Source: Amphiscolops sp. MND2022 (Eukaryota). From it: a stretch of 64,000 nucleotides of DNA. The stretch lies in NCBI GenBank assembly GCA_964187785.1, contig OZ076409.1, positions 90,956,001 to 91,020,000 of the forward strand, in the 5' to 3' direction. Both the position numbers and the translations under genes were made by a program. Within the stretch, counting starts at the first letter, position 1, and every line of letters begins with the position of its first letter. Shown one piece after another: positions 49,798-62,243 of the stretch. The notes beneath the pieces are model-generated. The model searched no databases. It worked only from the letters and a program-made list of their open reading frames with translations, and was not told the DNA's origin.

Positions 49798-50757
49798 TAA
49801 TCAGCTGGGAACGACATTTAAAAAAAAAAACTTTTTAAAAAATAACAAGCTCGTTTTTAGTTACACTGTCCTATATGGACTTGCCTATTCTAATTTGCTA
49901 AAACATCCAACAGCGAATAAATTTAAATAAAAAAATTGGCCAGGAAACGAGAAAAAAGCTATGTTCATTAGTAGTTTCAGATTATCGGTGAGACGGTTTT
50001 GGCTTTTTGATTCATTACTTGCTTACAATTTTGTCCGCCAATATTGGCTCTGAGCAATTGAAAGTCAAGTTTTTTTTTGCTGTGCTAGATTGATTTCGTT
50101 TACCCTTGGAATGTTCGGTTCAATCTTTCCATGTATTCAAAACACCTACTTTTTTCCGCGTTCTCTCGCGATCAGATAGCAATCAGAGCTCAGTTATTGC
50201 GAAAAGCAATTATTTCTTAAATTCAGGAAACTTCTGAAACTTGGGAACAGTCCTCGGTTGAGTTTCAAATTTAAAACTGTCATAAAAATTAATGTGAAAA
50301 ACCTGTGAATTTTCTGCTCAATCAAAGATTAATTAAACCGTAAATTTTCCGACAGTTTTCAATCAGAAACAAGAAACCAAGCCAAGCTTAAACAATTATC
50401 AAAGTATCGGCAATTGGTGTTCTAAAATTGCTTCTAAGTTTTATCAGCTGATTTTTTCAAATTTTCATCAGAAATTAAGTGAAGCTTTGAAAGAATCATA
50501 CCGATAAAGGAAGATTGATACATTTATCTGAAAACTTTTCCATGCGGCAACCTGTTTCTCAAGGTAGCAAATTTAAGCAACATTGGAAATTTGATGATTT
50601 GGAAATACAAACTTGAAGTACTTGGAATTAGGCCAGCAACGAGACCTCATGTAAAGTTGCTTCGGCTCGTGTGCTTCTAGAAAAAAAACCAATGCGACTG
50701 AATTTTGATTGGGAGTATTGAAAATTGGTCTCTGATGTTGGTCAAATTCTGTCATCC

Positions 50758-50932
50758 AAGTTACCAATAATTGAGACCAATGCTGAAATCATCAAGAATA
50801 AGGTAACAATGTTCGCGTATCGCACTGATGAGATCGAAATTTGAGTCAAATTTCGATCTCATCAGTGCGATACGCGAACATTGTTACCTTATTCTTGATG
50901 ATTTCAGCATTGGTCTCAATTATTGGTAACTT
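50758..50932. repeat. Perfect palindrome, 87-bp arms, 1-nt spacer (G50845)
   Basis: aagttacc...aaatttga-g-tcaaattt...ggtaactt with no mismatch seen. Confidence 0.97.
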
Positions 50933-52300
50933 ATTTGTCGGACAATATTTATAAACTAAAAAAAACAAGAAAAGTACTGGTAAAGATGGGATAAGTAATG
51001 AGATGTTAAAGTGTTACTCTCCCATAATAGAACCTCATATTGCAACATGGTTCGAAAACTGTATTGAAAAAAGGATTTTTCCCGACTGCTTCAAAACAGC
51101 TAAAGTAATACCATTATAAAAAAACGGTGATCGCAAACACCCTGGAAAATACTGACCAATCAGTCTTCTAAGTTCCTTGTGCAAAATTTTCGAAATTTTG
51201 TTCCACAAAAGAATGATGAAATTTTGTGAGTCAAAGAACCTACTGCATTGAACTCAGTTTGGGTTTAGATCTAAAATGTCTTGCGTTCATGCCATTGCCA
51301 CTGTCACTGAATTCATAAGAGCAGCTTTAAAAAAAATCAGTCAAGTAAATCTTGTTTTATTGATTTGGAAAAAGCCTTCGATACACTCAACCATAAAAAA
51401 TTTTTACAGAAAAAGGAAAATTATGTTTTCAGAAAGAAAATCTTGAGCCTTATTATTGCAAATTTTTTGAAAGACAGGCATCAATTTGTATATCACAATG
51501 GGGAAATAACATCAAAACGACTGATTACTACAGGTGTCCCGCAAGGATTTGTACCAGGGTCATTTCTTTTTCTTTTTACATGAATGATCTACCGACTGAC
51601 ATTGAAGAAAGTCAAGTAACCATGTTTGCTGATGATAGAAGTTTTTGAAAAGTAGAAGAAAGGCGAACTTGTGTTACCAGATGTTGCAAGATTATCAAAC
51701 TGGTTCTTTAGTAACGAATTAACCATCAATGTCGGGAAATGTGAAAAAATTTCATTTGGCATTGGCGTTCCACAAGGACCTCATCTCTGAGAGAAACCTG
51801 TGACTTATAAAAAGTCATTGGAATACTTAGCGCTGCATCTAGATGGATTGTTGAAAGTCCGTGAGCACATATATTATGTTGTTAAAAAACAGGCCTAAAT
51901 TACAGAATACGAGAGCATTACACTAGGTCCTCCCTTTTGATGTTCTGTATTGGTTTGCTAAGTCTGTCATTTGCTATGTTTTATTATTATATGGAACTGC
52001 TGCTAAAACTAACCTATAAGAAGTTGAAAATGCTCAATGCAGACTTTTTATAGCCACCTTTTTGAGGCGAAAATTTGATTCTTTAAACAAAATTTGGTAC
52101 GAACATAAGATTTAGACTGTGTTTAAAATGTATATATTGGAATAGATCAGAGATCGGAATAGATCAATCAGATTGAATTGGAGTCTGCGGTACAATATTT
52201 CACGCCACTTACATGCTAAGAGCCACATTTACCAAATCATAGCTCAAGAAACAATGTTCCCTCGAAATCCTATAGAACCGTCTTCAAGCATAAATGTCTT
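50933..52300 (+). pseudogene. Degenerate 5'-truncated LINE reverse transcriptase
   Basis: Remnants STGKDGISNEMLK, FPDCFKTAKVIPL, PISLL, DLEKAFDTLNH, TGVPQG and MFADD, with many stops and frameshifts. Right boundary approximate. Confidence 0.85.
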
Positions 52301-54257
52301 GAATAGACTTTTTATCTTGTCTAAATAAAACCATTTCAAAGTTCGGATGTAAGATTTTCAAAGTTCGGATATAGCGTTTTCTTTTCTCGTTTCTCGTATA
52401 ACGTTATCTTTTCCCCCGAAATTCCACATAATTTGCGCCCAATGTAAAGCTTTATGGTCGATTTTTCAGTACTTTTAGGACTTTTGTGGGGTTTCGAAAA
52501 ATCTTTATTCAACAAGTGATTCTAAAACCACATCCCACGGGGACACGTTTGTGCCTTGAGCGGGGCACTGACTTGATGATTTCTGTATTGTCTTGCTTGA
52601 ATAAACCTAAATGTAGGTTTGGCCTGCTTGTTACACCTTGTTACACCTTATTTTATCACATAAGCAATGCAAGCCAACAAAAACACTTTTTCAGTAGTGT
52701 GTGAGCTCGACTATGTGAATGGACACATTTCAAAACCATACTAACTTTATTTCTAACTAGAAATGTCATGATGTTAGTCATTTGGGGAATTTTTTTCACG
52801 AACAATTTTTCACGATATTAAAGGACGCAAAAATGCGTATTTTGTGAAAAAAAACCCACATATTACTGACAACCTTGCTCTAGACTGATGTTATTTTGGC
52901 AACATCAAAAATATGGACATCAAAAATTGGAACGTTGGTAGTTTTCATAGCACTCGATAACTGTTGAATTTGGAAACACCAAGAACAGTGCTCAAACGAC
53001 CATTTTTCTTTCTTCAAATTCGTAAGCGATTTGGTCAAAACCTACACCCAGGTTTATTAAAGCATATTGACAATAAATGAATCATATAGCTTTATTTTTG
53101 GATTGTAAAATATGATATATTTATTCTTTTGTTCTAATATAATTGTGTGGTGGGTCATTATATTTTTTCAGCTTGGCAATTTAGGTTTAATAATTTTCAA
53201 TTTAAGCTTGGCAAGTATTTATTACCAGTAATGCATATTTGCTGTTACTCTGTCCAGACGTAGAAAAATTCATTCAAGAAGTGTTACCTTTAAAGTTTGA
53301 TATTATTGTGGATGGATGAATGGATGGGACTTATTGGAGTCTATCAAAAAAAGTTCTATTTGTTGATTTTGAAAAGTTGCTCTTCTTGTTTGTAAATAAA
53401 AATCAACGGGATATAAATACAGTCCAAGAAGTACGCAAGTAAACTCTGCTAGATCAAAATATTTTTCCTCACAATAAATTTAATACAATTACTGTTGGCC
53501 AGGAACAAATTAAATATATATTTTTTCAAAAATCAAATTTAAATGTTTTTACAGTACTGCCTACACATTTGAGCTGTATTCTGTTATACTGTTCTTCCCA
53601 GCTCTTTCACCTGTTTTCGGTCAAAACTATTTTAGTTTGTTGATAAATGACTACTAATTACCGTAACTCTAAATAATCTTGAACTCGTATGAAATTTGTC
53701 AATTTTCAATATCCGCACACTATTGAATACAAGTTCCGAACTCTGACCAGTGTGTATGTTTGCTCTACTTTTTCCAGGTGAGGAGAGCGATTAATGCGTG
53801 AACAATCAGCTAATTGGGTGGAATGATTCTCTTATCTGCAATCTAGGGCCTCTTAATAAGTTTGTACTTTCCGGGGCTGGTTTTCTGTTTATGGCCTGAG
53901 AAATCATAAACGGGGCCTGTGACTGCCTCGGGAAATTGGGAACAAAGTTTTGTGGGAGTCAGACAAATCTGAAAATGAAAGGCAAGAGAAATTAAACGGC
54001 CTGTTACGGCTGCTCTGTATTAGGCGAAATTGTTTTGGTACAGCGGCTGACATAAAACAAGAATTAAAGCTCAATTAGCATGTTTTCGTCAACTCCCAGT
54101 CTCATAATGTTTACAGATCGTCCAAAACGGTTTCACCTGCTTTGCAAAATGGATTCACTGACCGACGAAGCGCCAAAAATACCAAAATTTCAAATACCTG
54201 AATTGCTGACGCAACATGGAAGATCAATTTTTAATAATTGTTTGTGACTGGCAAAAT

Positions 54258-55458
54258 GGTTACCAGACAAAAGCGCCCAAAATACGCAGTCAGAAGCGCC
54301 CCAGTCATAAGCGGTCCAGACATAAGCGCCCCAATCAAAAACTACAGAGGATTTGCTGACTCTTTTCCACCGCCAATTTTAAGTTCCTCACACTAATTAA
54401 ATAATTATCATTATTTCATATCAAACCAATGTATTGACGAATTGAATCATTTATAAATTGATATAGTTCGTTCAGAAAAACCTAAATCAGCAATTTTGGT
54501 AGTATTCAATTGAGATTTGTTAGGTGTGAGAACGTGAAATCTGGCATTACCAGTGAGTTAACCTTGTCTTTGAACACCTTCAATTAAACTTAATTAGAGG
54601 CGGTGAAATCGGTGTGCGTTCATTTCACCCCAAAATCATTTCACCCCATATCACTTCACCCCATATCATTTCACCCCACATTCATTTCACCCCACATTCA
54701 TTTCACCCCACATTCATTTCACCCCACAATCATTTCACCCCACGTTCATTTCACCTCATTTTCACTTCACACCATATTGTAATTATACAAAAGGGTCTCG
54801 CCTTAATTAACCAATTAGCAAATAAACTTTGATGTCTACTGCCTTTGAATCAGCTTTGATTTGATTGTCAGTTTCTGACCTGTAGGATTTTTTGCCGTAG
54901 AAACACCGAATAAGAAATTTTTCGCTGGAGATTCGCAACATCCATAATTGTAAATTTTGATTGACAGAAGAAAAATGTTTTTTTTTCAGCGCCTTTTTCA
55001 GAAGTATTACAATTTCGATAAATGAAACTATTCGGTTTCGAATTTGTGGTTCACATAGAAAGCATCGTTTGCTTATCTAATTGGTAATTAGATTCAAGAC
55101 GCTTTTCTATTAGCGCTAAGATTGAAATTGGATGGCTTTAGTAATTAATCTGAGACGCATTTAATTTAAATGTGGGGTGAAATGAACGTGGGGTGAAATG
55201 AATTTGGGGTGAAATGAATTTGGGGTGAAATGAATTTGGGGTGAAATGAACCTGGGGTGAAATGAACCTGGGGTGAAATGAATGTGGGGTGAAATGACAT
55301 GGGGTGAAATGATATGGGGTGAAATGAACGTGGGGTGAAATGATACTAAACCGGTGAAATCAACTCAAAAATTAGTAAGACGTTTTACATTGAGGCGCTT
55401 TTGACTGGGGCGCTTTTGTCTGGGGCGCTTTTGTCTGGGGCGCTTTTGTCTGTACACG
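54258..55458. mobile_element. Outer Foldback/Mutator-like element hosting 54611-55352
   Basis: Left cagacaaaagcgccc repeats, right inverted gggcgcttttgtctg repeats; direct flanks ggcaaaat at 54250-54257 and 55459-55466. Exact ends uncertain by 1 bp. Confidence 0.8.
54611..55352. mobile_element. Foldback/Mutator-like element with tandem-repeat inverted arms
   Basis: Left arm of ~15-bp catttcacccc units, right arm of inverted ggggtgaaatg units; GG...CC termini; perfect 9-bp TSD GGTGAAATC (54602-54610, 55353-55361). Confidence 0.88.
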
Positions 55459-57599
55459 GGCAAAATAGCTATTTCTGATTTTGAATATGAAAAACCTTTG
55501 ATATTTTCACATGAACATAAAGCCAAAATTTTTATATTTAACATGCAAAAACTAACAGATGTTTTCACCATGACGGTAATGATATTTTGACTTTAGGAAG
55601 ACCACTGAGATTTTCTGAGACCGAAATGTGACATGAAAATGTCGACAATTGGAACATTTTTGAGACTAAAAGGCAAACACTTTGCCATCAAAATTTTTTA
55701 AAAATTGGGCGAAAATTTTCGAACCTCGTTGTAATTTTCGACTGTCGCCATTAGAAGCAAAATTGTGAGAAAAGAGAAGGATATCATGTTACAAGTTGAG
55801 TAGGAGTGCAATAGCTGATACGCTATGCTAGCAAAAAGCTAAAGACAGCTATCACAAAAACGCATTAAAAGCGCATTTTTTCTTCGGACATGCATTTGAC
55901 AAAGGTCTCAATTACAAAAAGTTTTCGGTTTTTGATCAGAATTACAATCTTTTTTGTTTTGGACTGAATAAAAAGTTGAAAAGTTGTATCATATGGTATT
56001 TTGCGGAATTTTGAAACTTTTCACAATACTTCAAAAACTATTGGTCTCTCTATATCGTTTTTGTATACTGTTGCAAGATCTTACAAGTAATTGCATTTTT
56101 ACAAGGATCTTGCAAGATCCTTGCAAGGAACGCATTTTTTCTCTACCAGGGTACTACTCTTGGCAAAGTTCTTTATATGTCATACTTAGCATTTTCTGAA
56201 AAGACTTCCTTGAAAAATGAACAGTCAAAAACAGCTGTATTTCCGAAAAAAGACATAATTTTAACTAAGTAAAAACAAGAAATCTGATTTCGTGATCACT
56301 AGGAGGTAAAATTTCTTCAAGAGGGCCTTTTCAAAAAAAGTGTTGAAATCAAAAGTTTTAAATCTTAATCAAAGGTACAAAGTTTACCCCTGACAGTTTA
56401 TACGAACAGTGGTTGTCGAAATATTACATGATAAATTTCGGGAAATGCCAAGAGTAAAATAGGTCAAGTATTATCCATACTGTAATTTTTGTTTGATTTC
56501 AAAAACAATACCTGTTCAATTTTGCTTCTGAGATTTTGGTATCAATTGATGATGTAAAAATTTATCGCGGATATATTGCGAAAGATATTTCTTTAGCGAA
56601 ATCGGGTGTCTTCACCTTTTTGGTACCTTAGTGCTTCTTGATTGCTGACTAGAGCACGCAGAGAAAATTTTTAAGCATCCAAGAAGTCTTTTATATCACG
56701 AAACCTTTGAGCTGCGGCAATTTTGAACATTCAAGAGCTCGTATTTGGCCTACAACTTTCTTAGTCTAAAAATCTTGTCGATTTATTTTCATTCCCTTGT
56801 CCAATGATACGAAAGATATAGCAGTAACAATTTGCTCCTTGTAGTCCATATAGATTTAAGTTGCAACTTGAAATTGAAAAGTTCGCTGCTTGGACAAAGA
56901 TTTACTTTCATAAAAGCGATTAATTTTTCGATTAATGTCACACGGAATTACTAGATAAATTGAGAATCATTGAACCCTAATGGATCTGGGCGTTTCTGCA
57001 AATTTTCAAAAATTCTTTTTAAATTTTTAATTCAATAATATCTCCACAACTAGGCGTACCAGAGAAACGAAATATAGCGCGTTTGAAAGGTCTGGTATCG
57101 GGCTTTCATTTTGGTCAGGTGAGCCCCTGTCGTCACGCGCCCTATTCAGGATTGTTGCACAAGGACTTGTGGAAGGGTATGGGGTTGCTTTCTTCTATTG
57201 GTCAAAGATTTTTGAGAAAACTGGATTTCGTCAAAAACTGAATTTTGGAGAAGTATAATCATTTTTTGTGCAAAAAACTTTCTTCTCAGATTTGGAGACA
57301 TATTCACTTTTTCTAATGCTTGTGCCATTCAAATCAATCTAGGCACCAATGAATTGTTGAAAAAACTGTGCTAGAGAATATGGACTGCTGGAAAAATGAA
57401 TCAGAAATTGAAAAAATGGTAGGCTGATTTTAAAGTACCACTAGGTTAATTATGGTTAACGTTCGTTCAAAGCTTACGCAACACACTGTTGCAAGTTCAG
57501 TAAAAAAAAACACAATATAGGTGAACATAAATATATCAACTACACATGTATGAAGGTAATGCTAACCAATGTTTCATTTAGAGTGTTTATGAGTTCAAT

Positions 57600-59250
57600 G
57601 ACTTTTAACGGTCAACGATGCGATAACCTTCTCCCCTCCGAACAAGTTTCGTAGTTGATACGGAATGTTGGCAGGATCTTTCAGTCCTGTGGTTTCTTGT
57701 TGTTGTTCTTGGTGGAACTTGGTTGTTTCCAGGGTCCTTTCGTTTCCAATGACAAAGAAATGGCCTAACTTCGTTCTTAATACTGGTTTGGGATCCACTA
57801 GCTCACGGTTTTTTGGCAAAAGGCAATCTACTGGACAGCGAAACTGTCACTTCGGAAATTTAGTGACTACCTGTATCGGTAGTGGTTTCTCTTCCGAACC
57901 GTGTAATTTTATCTCGTTCTCCAAGTTAGTGTGAACAGAATTTTCATCATTTTTTTGTTTCGAGCGAAATGTTCTCAAGAAATAAATGGTACGTGGATTT
58001 TGATTTACTATTCGAACCGCAGAAGGTTTTTGATACGAAATTCATGCCACTCTTGTACATGGGCCCTGTGACTTGTGATTTTCTCATCGCCGTCCTTAGT
58101 CTGTCCGTTAGGATTCCGGGTGATATAGACCGAAAGGTCCTTGGAGTCCACTAAGAAAGAGTTCGTAAGGTTTGTTTTGAATGAGTTGTCTCCTGAAACG
58201 TTTTTTTAAGCGCTGTTTCCTCCAGTTGTAAGTGGCTAGTAATACGGAGACCATAGAGTGCGCATCGTGAGAAGCCCTTGAAAATGAGATTTTCTTCTGA
58301 ATTAACTCTGATCAGTTTCTTCATTGATTGGATTGTTCCATCGACCATTCCGATACTGCGTTGTACGTTTGCAGTACCGTAACTTATCAAAAGTTTGTTT
58401 CGCTTGCACTAATTAGTGTACCCTTTGGACATGGAAAGGCCACAGCGGTCCGAGTTAAATTCTTTACGTACTTTGCAAAGGTTGTTGTAATCTTCAATCA
58501 AACTAATTACGGTTTTACTGCCGGTGTATTCCCAAGTTGTCATTTTGTCACAGCCAGCAGCTGTTTTTGTCTCCTGGAACTGAAACTTAAAGTGCGTTAT
58601 TTAGATTTTTGTGATTCAAGTTATCCTTAAAATAGAGTGAGTTTCAGATTTTCCGTATTTCTCGGCAGACGGTATTGGAAATTCACTTTTTACCGCCATT
58701 TAGGCACAGAGAGCAGACTGTTTAAATTTTGTCTATGTCTACTCGCATGTTCGGCCGCAGGAAGATCTGTGCGTCCGCTCCTACTTTGTTGACTCTGGGG
58801 TGACTAAGGCGTTGGGCATTCAGAGCTACCTACCGGAAGCTCTTCGGTATGATGATCTTGTCATCCACGAACAGTATTGCCTGCTGTAGGTGAGGTCTTG
58901 GCCGTTGTCTTGTAACCTTCGAGGACCTGCAGCAGTTTTTTATTCAACACTGAACTTCTACCAGGATCGGACCCGCAAGTTTTCTTTGTGTCAGAGTTTT
59001 CAGGTTTGCCTTAAAATCAGATTCGTCTGACCTGACATTATATTCTTGAATCCTTAGTCCGCGCATTGCAACAAAATGAGCGCAACTGTTAGAGCGGCAC
59101 AATTTTTTTTCTGTTTTCTTCAGATAACAGAATGTATGCGTATTGGACACGTATTACAGAAACTACTGAACCAGCCAGCGGAAACGCATCTAAGGAAGTG
59201 TAACGAGTCCTCCTTTCATTTCCTCCTGTTTGATACTAACATACAAAACT
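57600..59250 (-). mobile_element. Degenerate Gypsy integrase region
   Basis: Minus-strand fragments AILFVDDKIIIPKS, CSLCLNGGKS and ISYGTANVQRSIGMVDGTIQSMK parallel the integrase of the intact element. Many stops and frameshifts; boundaries approximate. Confidence 0.7.
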
Positions 59251-59699
59251 GGACGTGACTAAAGGCACCCTTCCTTTTTTTTCAAGCCACTGTGAAAATT
59301 TTTTAGATTTTTTTGAAGTCTCCAAAGGTTTCCCTTCAGATTAATTTGATATTCTGCAAACAATTGGAGCTTTACCCAGCCCAAAAGATCGCCATTTTCA
59401 CCTTTTTGGTACTATAAGACTATTTACAGTTTCTCATTTTTCGTTTGAAAACAGATTTTTCTCAATATAAATCCATCAAAAACTTTTTTCAATACATTTC
59501 GAATTTTTGTCGTTATATCCGTCAAGTAAATTGCGTTTTACTGAGCAGTTCGAAGTTCAAAAACGAGCGCTTCCACGTGGCCCACCATTCTATATCCGAA
59601 CTTTCGAAGAAAATTTCTATTACGAAAGGCGCCCTCTGGGTGTTTCGAAACTTCTTTTTTCAGAGAAGGTTTTTTCGAAACTTCTTGGGCGTTTTTCAG

Positions 59700-60580
59700 A
59701 GAAGGTGCTGAACATATACATGGCTAAGAATTCGTTTGCATATGTTGACATTTTGAGTTGGGAAGGAGTAAACGTCTTTGATCCATAAGCTATGGGTGCA
59801 TAGGACTTTTTGACAGAAGTGAACTTGTGGTTTGGGTCGTCTTCAGTCAGAATGGCATAACTGGATGCGGTAAAACTGGCGTCTGACATCAAGATCAGTT
59901 GTTTGTTCGGCAATGGTTGCTTTAAGGCCAACTGGCTACACCTGTCGAGATCTTGATTGATTCCATTGAATTGTTGTACCAGCTCCGTGGTCACTAAGAC
60001 CTTCTCGTCCTTTTTACGGAGTTGGAAGAATGGTACCAGTTTTTCGGATAATCCTGGAATATAGTTCCTGTAGTAATTGAGGAAACCAAGGTAACGTTGA
60101 AGAGCCTTCTTGGACTTCGGGATTTTTTTCCCAAGAAAATGGTAATTCTTCCTTTTGGGGCTTGACACCTTCTGGGATAGTTCTGCCCAAAAAATCAATT
60201 TCAGCGGTGCCGAAATGGCACTTGTGCATCGTTAGTTTTAATCCAGCTTCTCTGATGCATTCAAACGTCTCCCTCAAATTTTTAATAAGTTGGTCAGCGT
60301 CGTTGGCTGCAATGCCGATATCGTCGACATATTGGGCGCATTGATCTGCTATGATAACTCGATCAAGGTATTCCCTCATGAATCTGGAAAAGGCCGAAAG
60401 GGCTCTGCTGAGTCCCTGAGCGAGTCGTCTGTAGGCGAATGTCCTGCTTGCAAAGTTGAATGCCGGCATTCCTATGGACCTCGAGTTCGCAATTTGGAGA
60501 CAGTGGTAGACCTGAGAACAGTCTAGTTTACAAAAGAGTTTCTTTCCGGTCATATGTTGCGCGGCACCGATGATTGTCAC
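59700..60580 (-). mobile_element. Gypsy RT/RNase H fragment of a different family
   Basis: ORFs 60014-60580 (KLDCSQVY, QGL, QYVDDI, KCHFG) and 59620-60198 (YLGFLNYYR, MSDASF, PIAYGS), separated by a frameshift. Confidence 0.9.
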
Positions 60581-60599
60581 ATTTCATTTTCGGGAAGTA

Positions 60600-61400
60600 T
60601 CGTTTGCTCCGAGTAGGTGTCTTATGTGTTGTGTTTTTTGAATGTGTCAACTTTGCTAAATGCTTTAGTTTTCCTTTGTTGGGTATAATTTAATTTTTTG
60701 CGTCTTTGGATTTTCTTGTTCGAGCCACACAGTTTCTTTTAGATCGAGTTTCGATTTCTTTCTCGCTTGCTCTGTAGCTTTCATTCTCTAATATTTGCAG
60801 TATGTTCTCTAGCATGAATACAAATAGCCACAATAGTGTTTGGTAGTCGAGTGTTCGCGTACACTTCTCTAGGAATATGGATGGAATAAATGCTGGTCCG
60901 GCGAATCTTCCTTTGAAACGATATTTTATCGGTTTATTTTCTCTCTGGTGACAATAAAGTTGCCTTGTTGCTTGTTTTTCAAACCACTAGTAGCTACCTG
61001 TAAGCATAATCCAAGTCTTCCACTGAAATCCATATTGGGTTTGATTCATTTTTTGCGTTTCTGTGGACACTTGGATTGGTATTTTTCCATGTTTGGCTTG
61101 TGTGGCCATTTTTAATCCTGGTATTTAGTTTGCTTGAGCCCTCGCTGATTCGAACAGATTGATTTTTTGTACCGTGATTACTACGGGTGATACGGAACAG
61201 TCGCATTTGATGGTTTCAAGGCGTTCAAAATATCCACAGGCAATAAGTTTACTTAGTTCTATATGCTTATGCAACTGGCCTTTTTTTGTTGAGTACTATA
61301 ATACGATAATACCTAGGTTTAATATGTAGTTTCACTTCTGTGTTTTTGATAGTGGGTTCTGAATTGAACAGTTTTTAGAAATTGATTAAAATTTGTTGTG
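60600..61400 (-). mobile_element. Heavily degenerate Gypsy RT fragment resembling the intact Mag-like element
   Basis: Minus-strand remnants SPVVITVQK, PNME and IWISVEDLDYAY correspond to SPAVITVKK, PNMEE and IWISKLDLDYAY. Boundaries approximate. Confidence 0.65.
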
Positions 61401-62243
61401 AATGTTTGTTCTGTTCATCCAGTGATATTCAGTTAATCGTTTTTCGTAATTCTTTGTTCCGATTAACGCCAAGGTTTTGACCTTCTCATGCATTTTATTG
61501 GCTACGCTTGAGCCCTTGAAATGCGTTGTCGCAGTAGCTCTGTACGGAAGATATTCCAGTGCTCAGCGTGCCTCTTGTTTCTCATTGCTGCTGGTAATGT
61601 AAAAAGGATGCAACTTAAATGAAAAGCTGTTCTTGTCCCAGATTTTTTTCTTGAATGATATCTCGAGATTTTGACTGAAACAACAAGAATCTCTCCAATG
61701 TTCGGGCGAACTTAATTTGCTGAATAAAAATACGAGTCGAATCTTTAGTCTTCATATTTTTGTACTTCTATGCTTTTTACTACGAACAGCATGAATCTTT
61801 TATTATAAGCGTTCAATTTTTAGCTCCTAATCTCCGAAAATTGTTAGAGGTTCAGCTCTAAATGACGAAATAAAGTCTTGATTGATATTCCGTCAACGAT
61901 TTCATCGATTTGGAGCTTAATCAAAGCTAATAAACTAATTACACTTTTTATTCGACGCACGGTTCATCAGCTTTGTGACTTGTTGATGTTTGAGAGCAGC
62001 AGTGCTTTTTATTTTGACTATTTGAATGGTCAATGAAGAAACAATTGAGAAAAATATATACCATTTAAGTTGAAAAAGGATTTTGCTCAGCTTTTGAGCT
62101 TCAATTCATCACTTATCTTCTAGGTCACTTCAGCTCGATTACAGAAATAAAGACACAGAAACTTAATGTAATAGCTATCGACGGCTTTAATTACAAACTA
62201 ATTCGAATTTTATACCTCAGTTCAATTATCCAACGTCTGTTAG

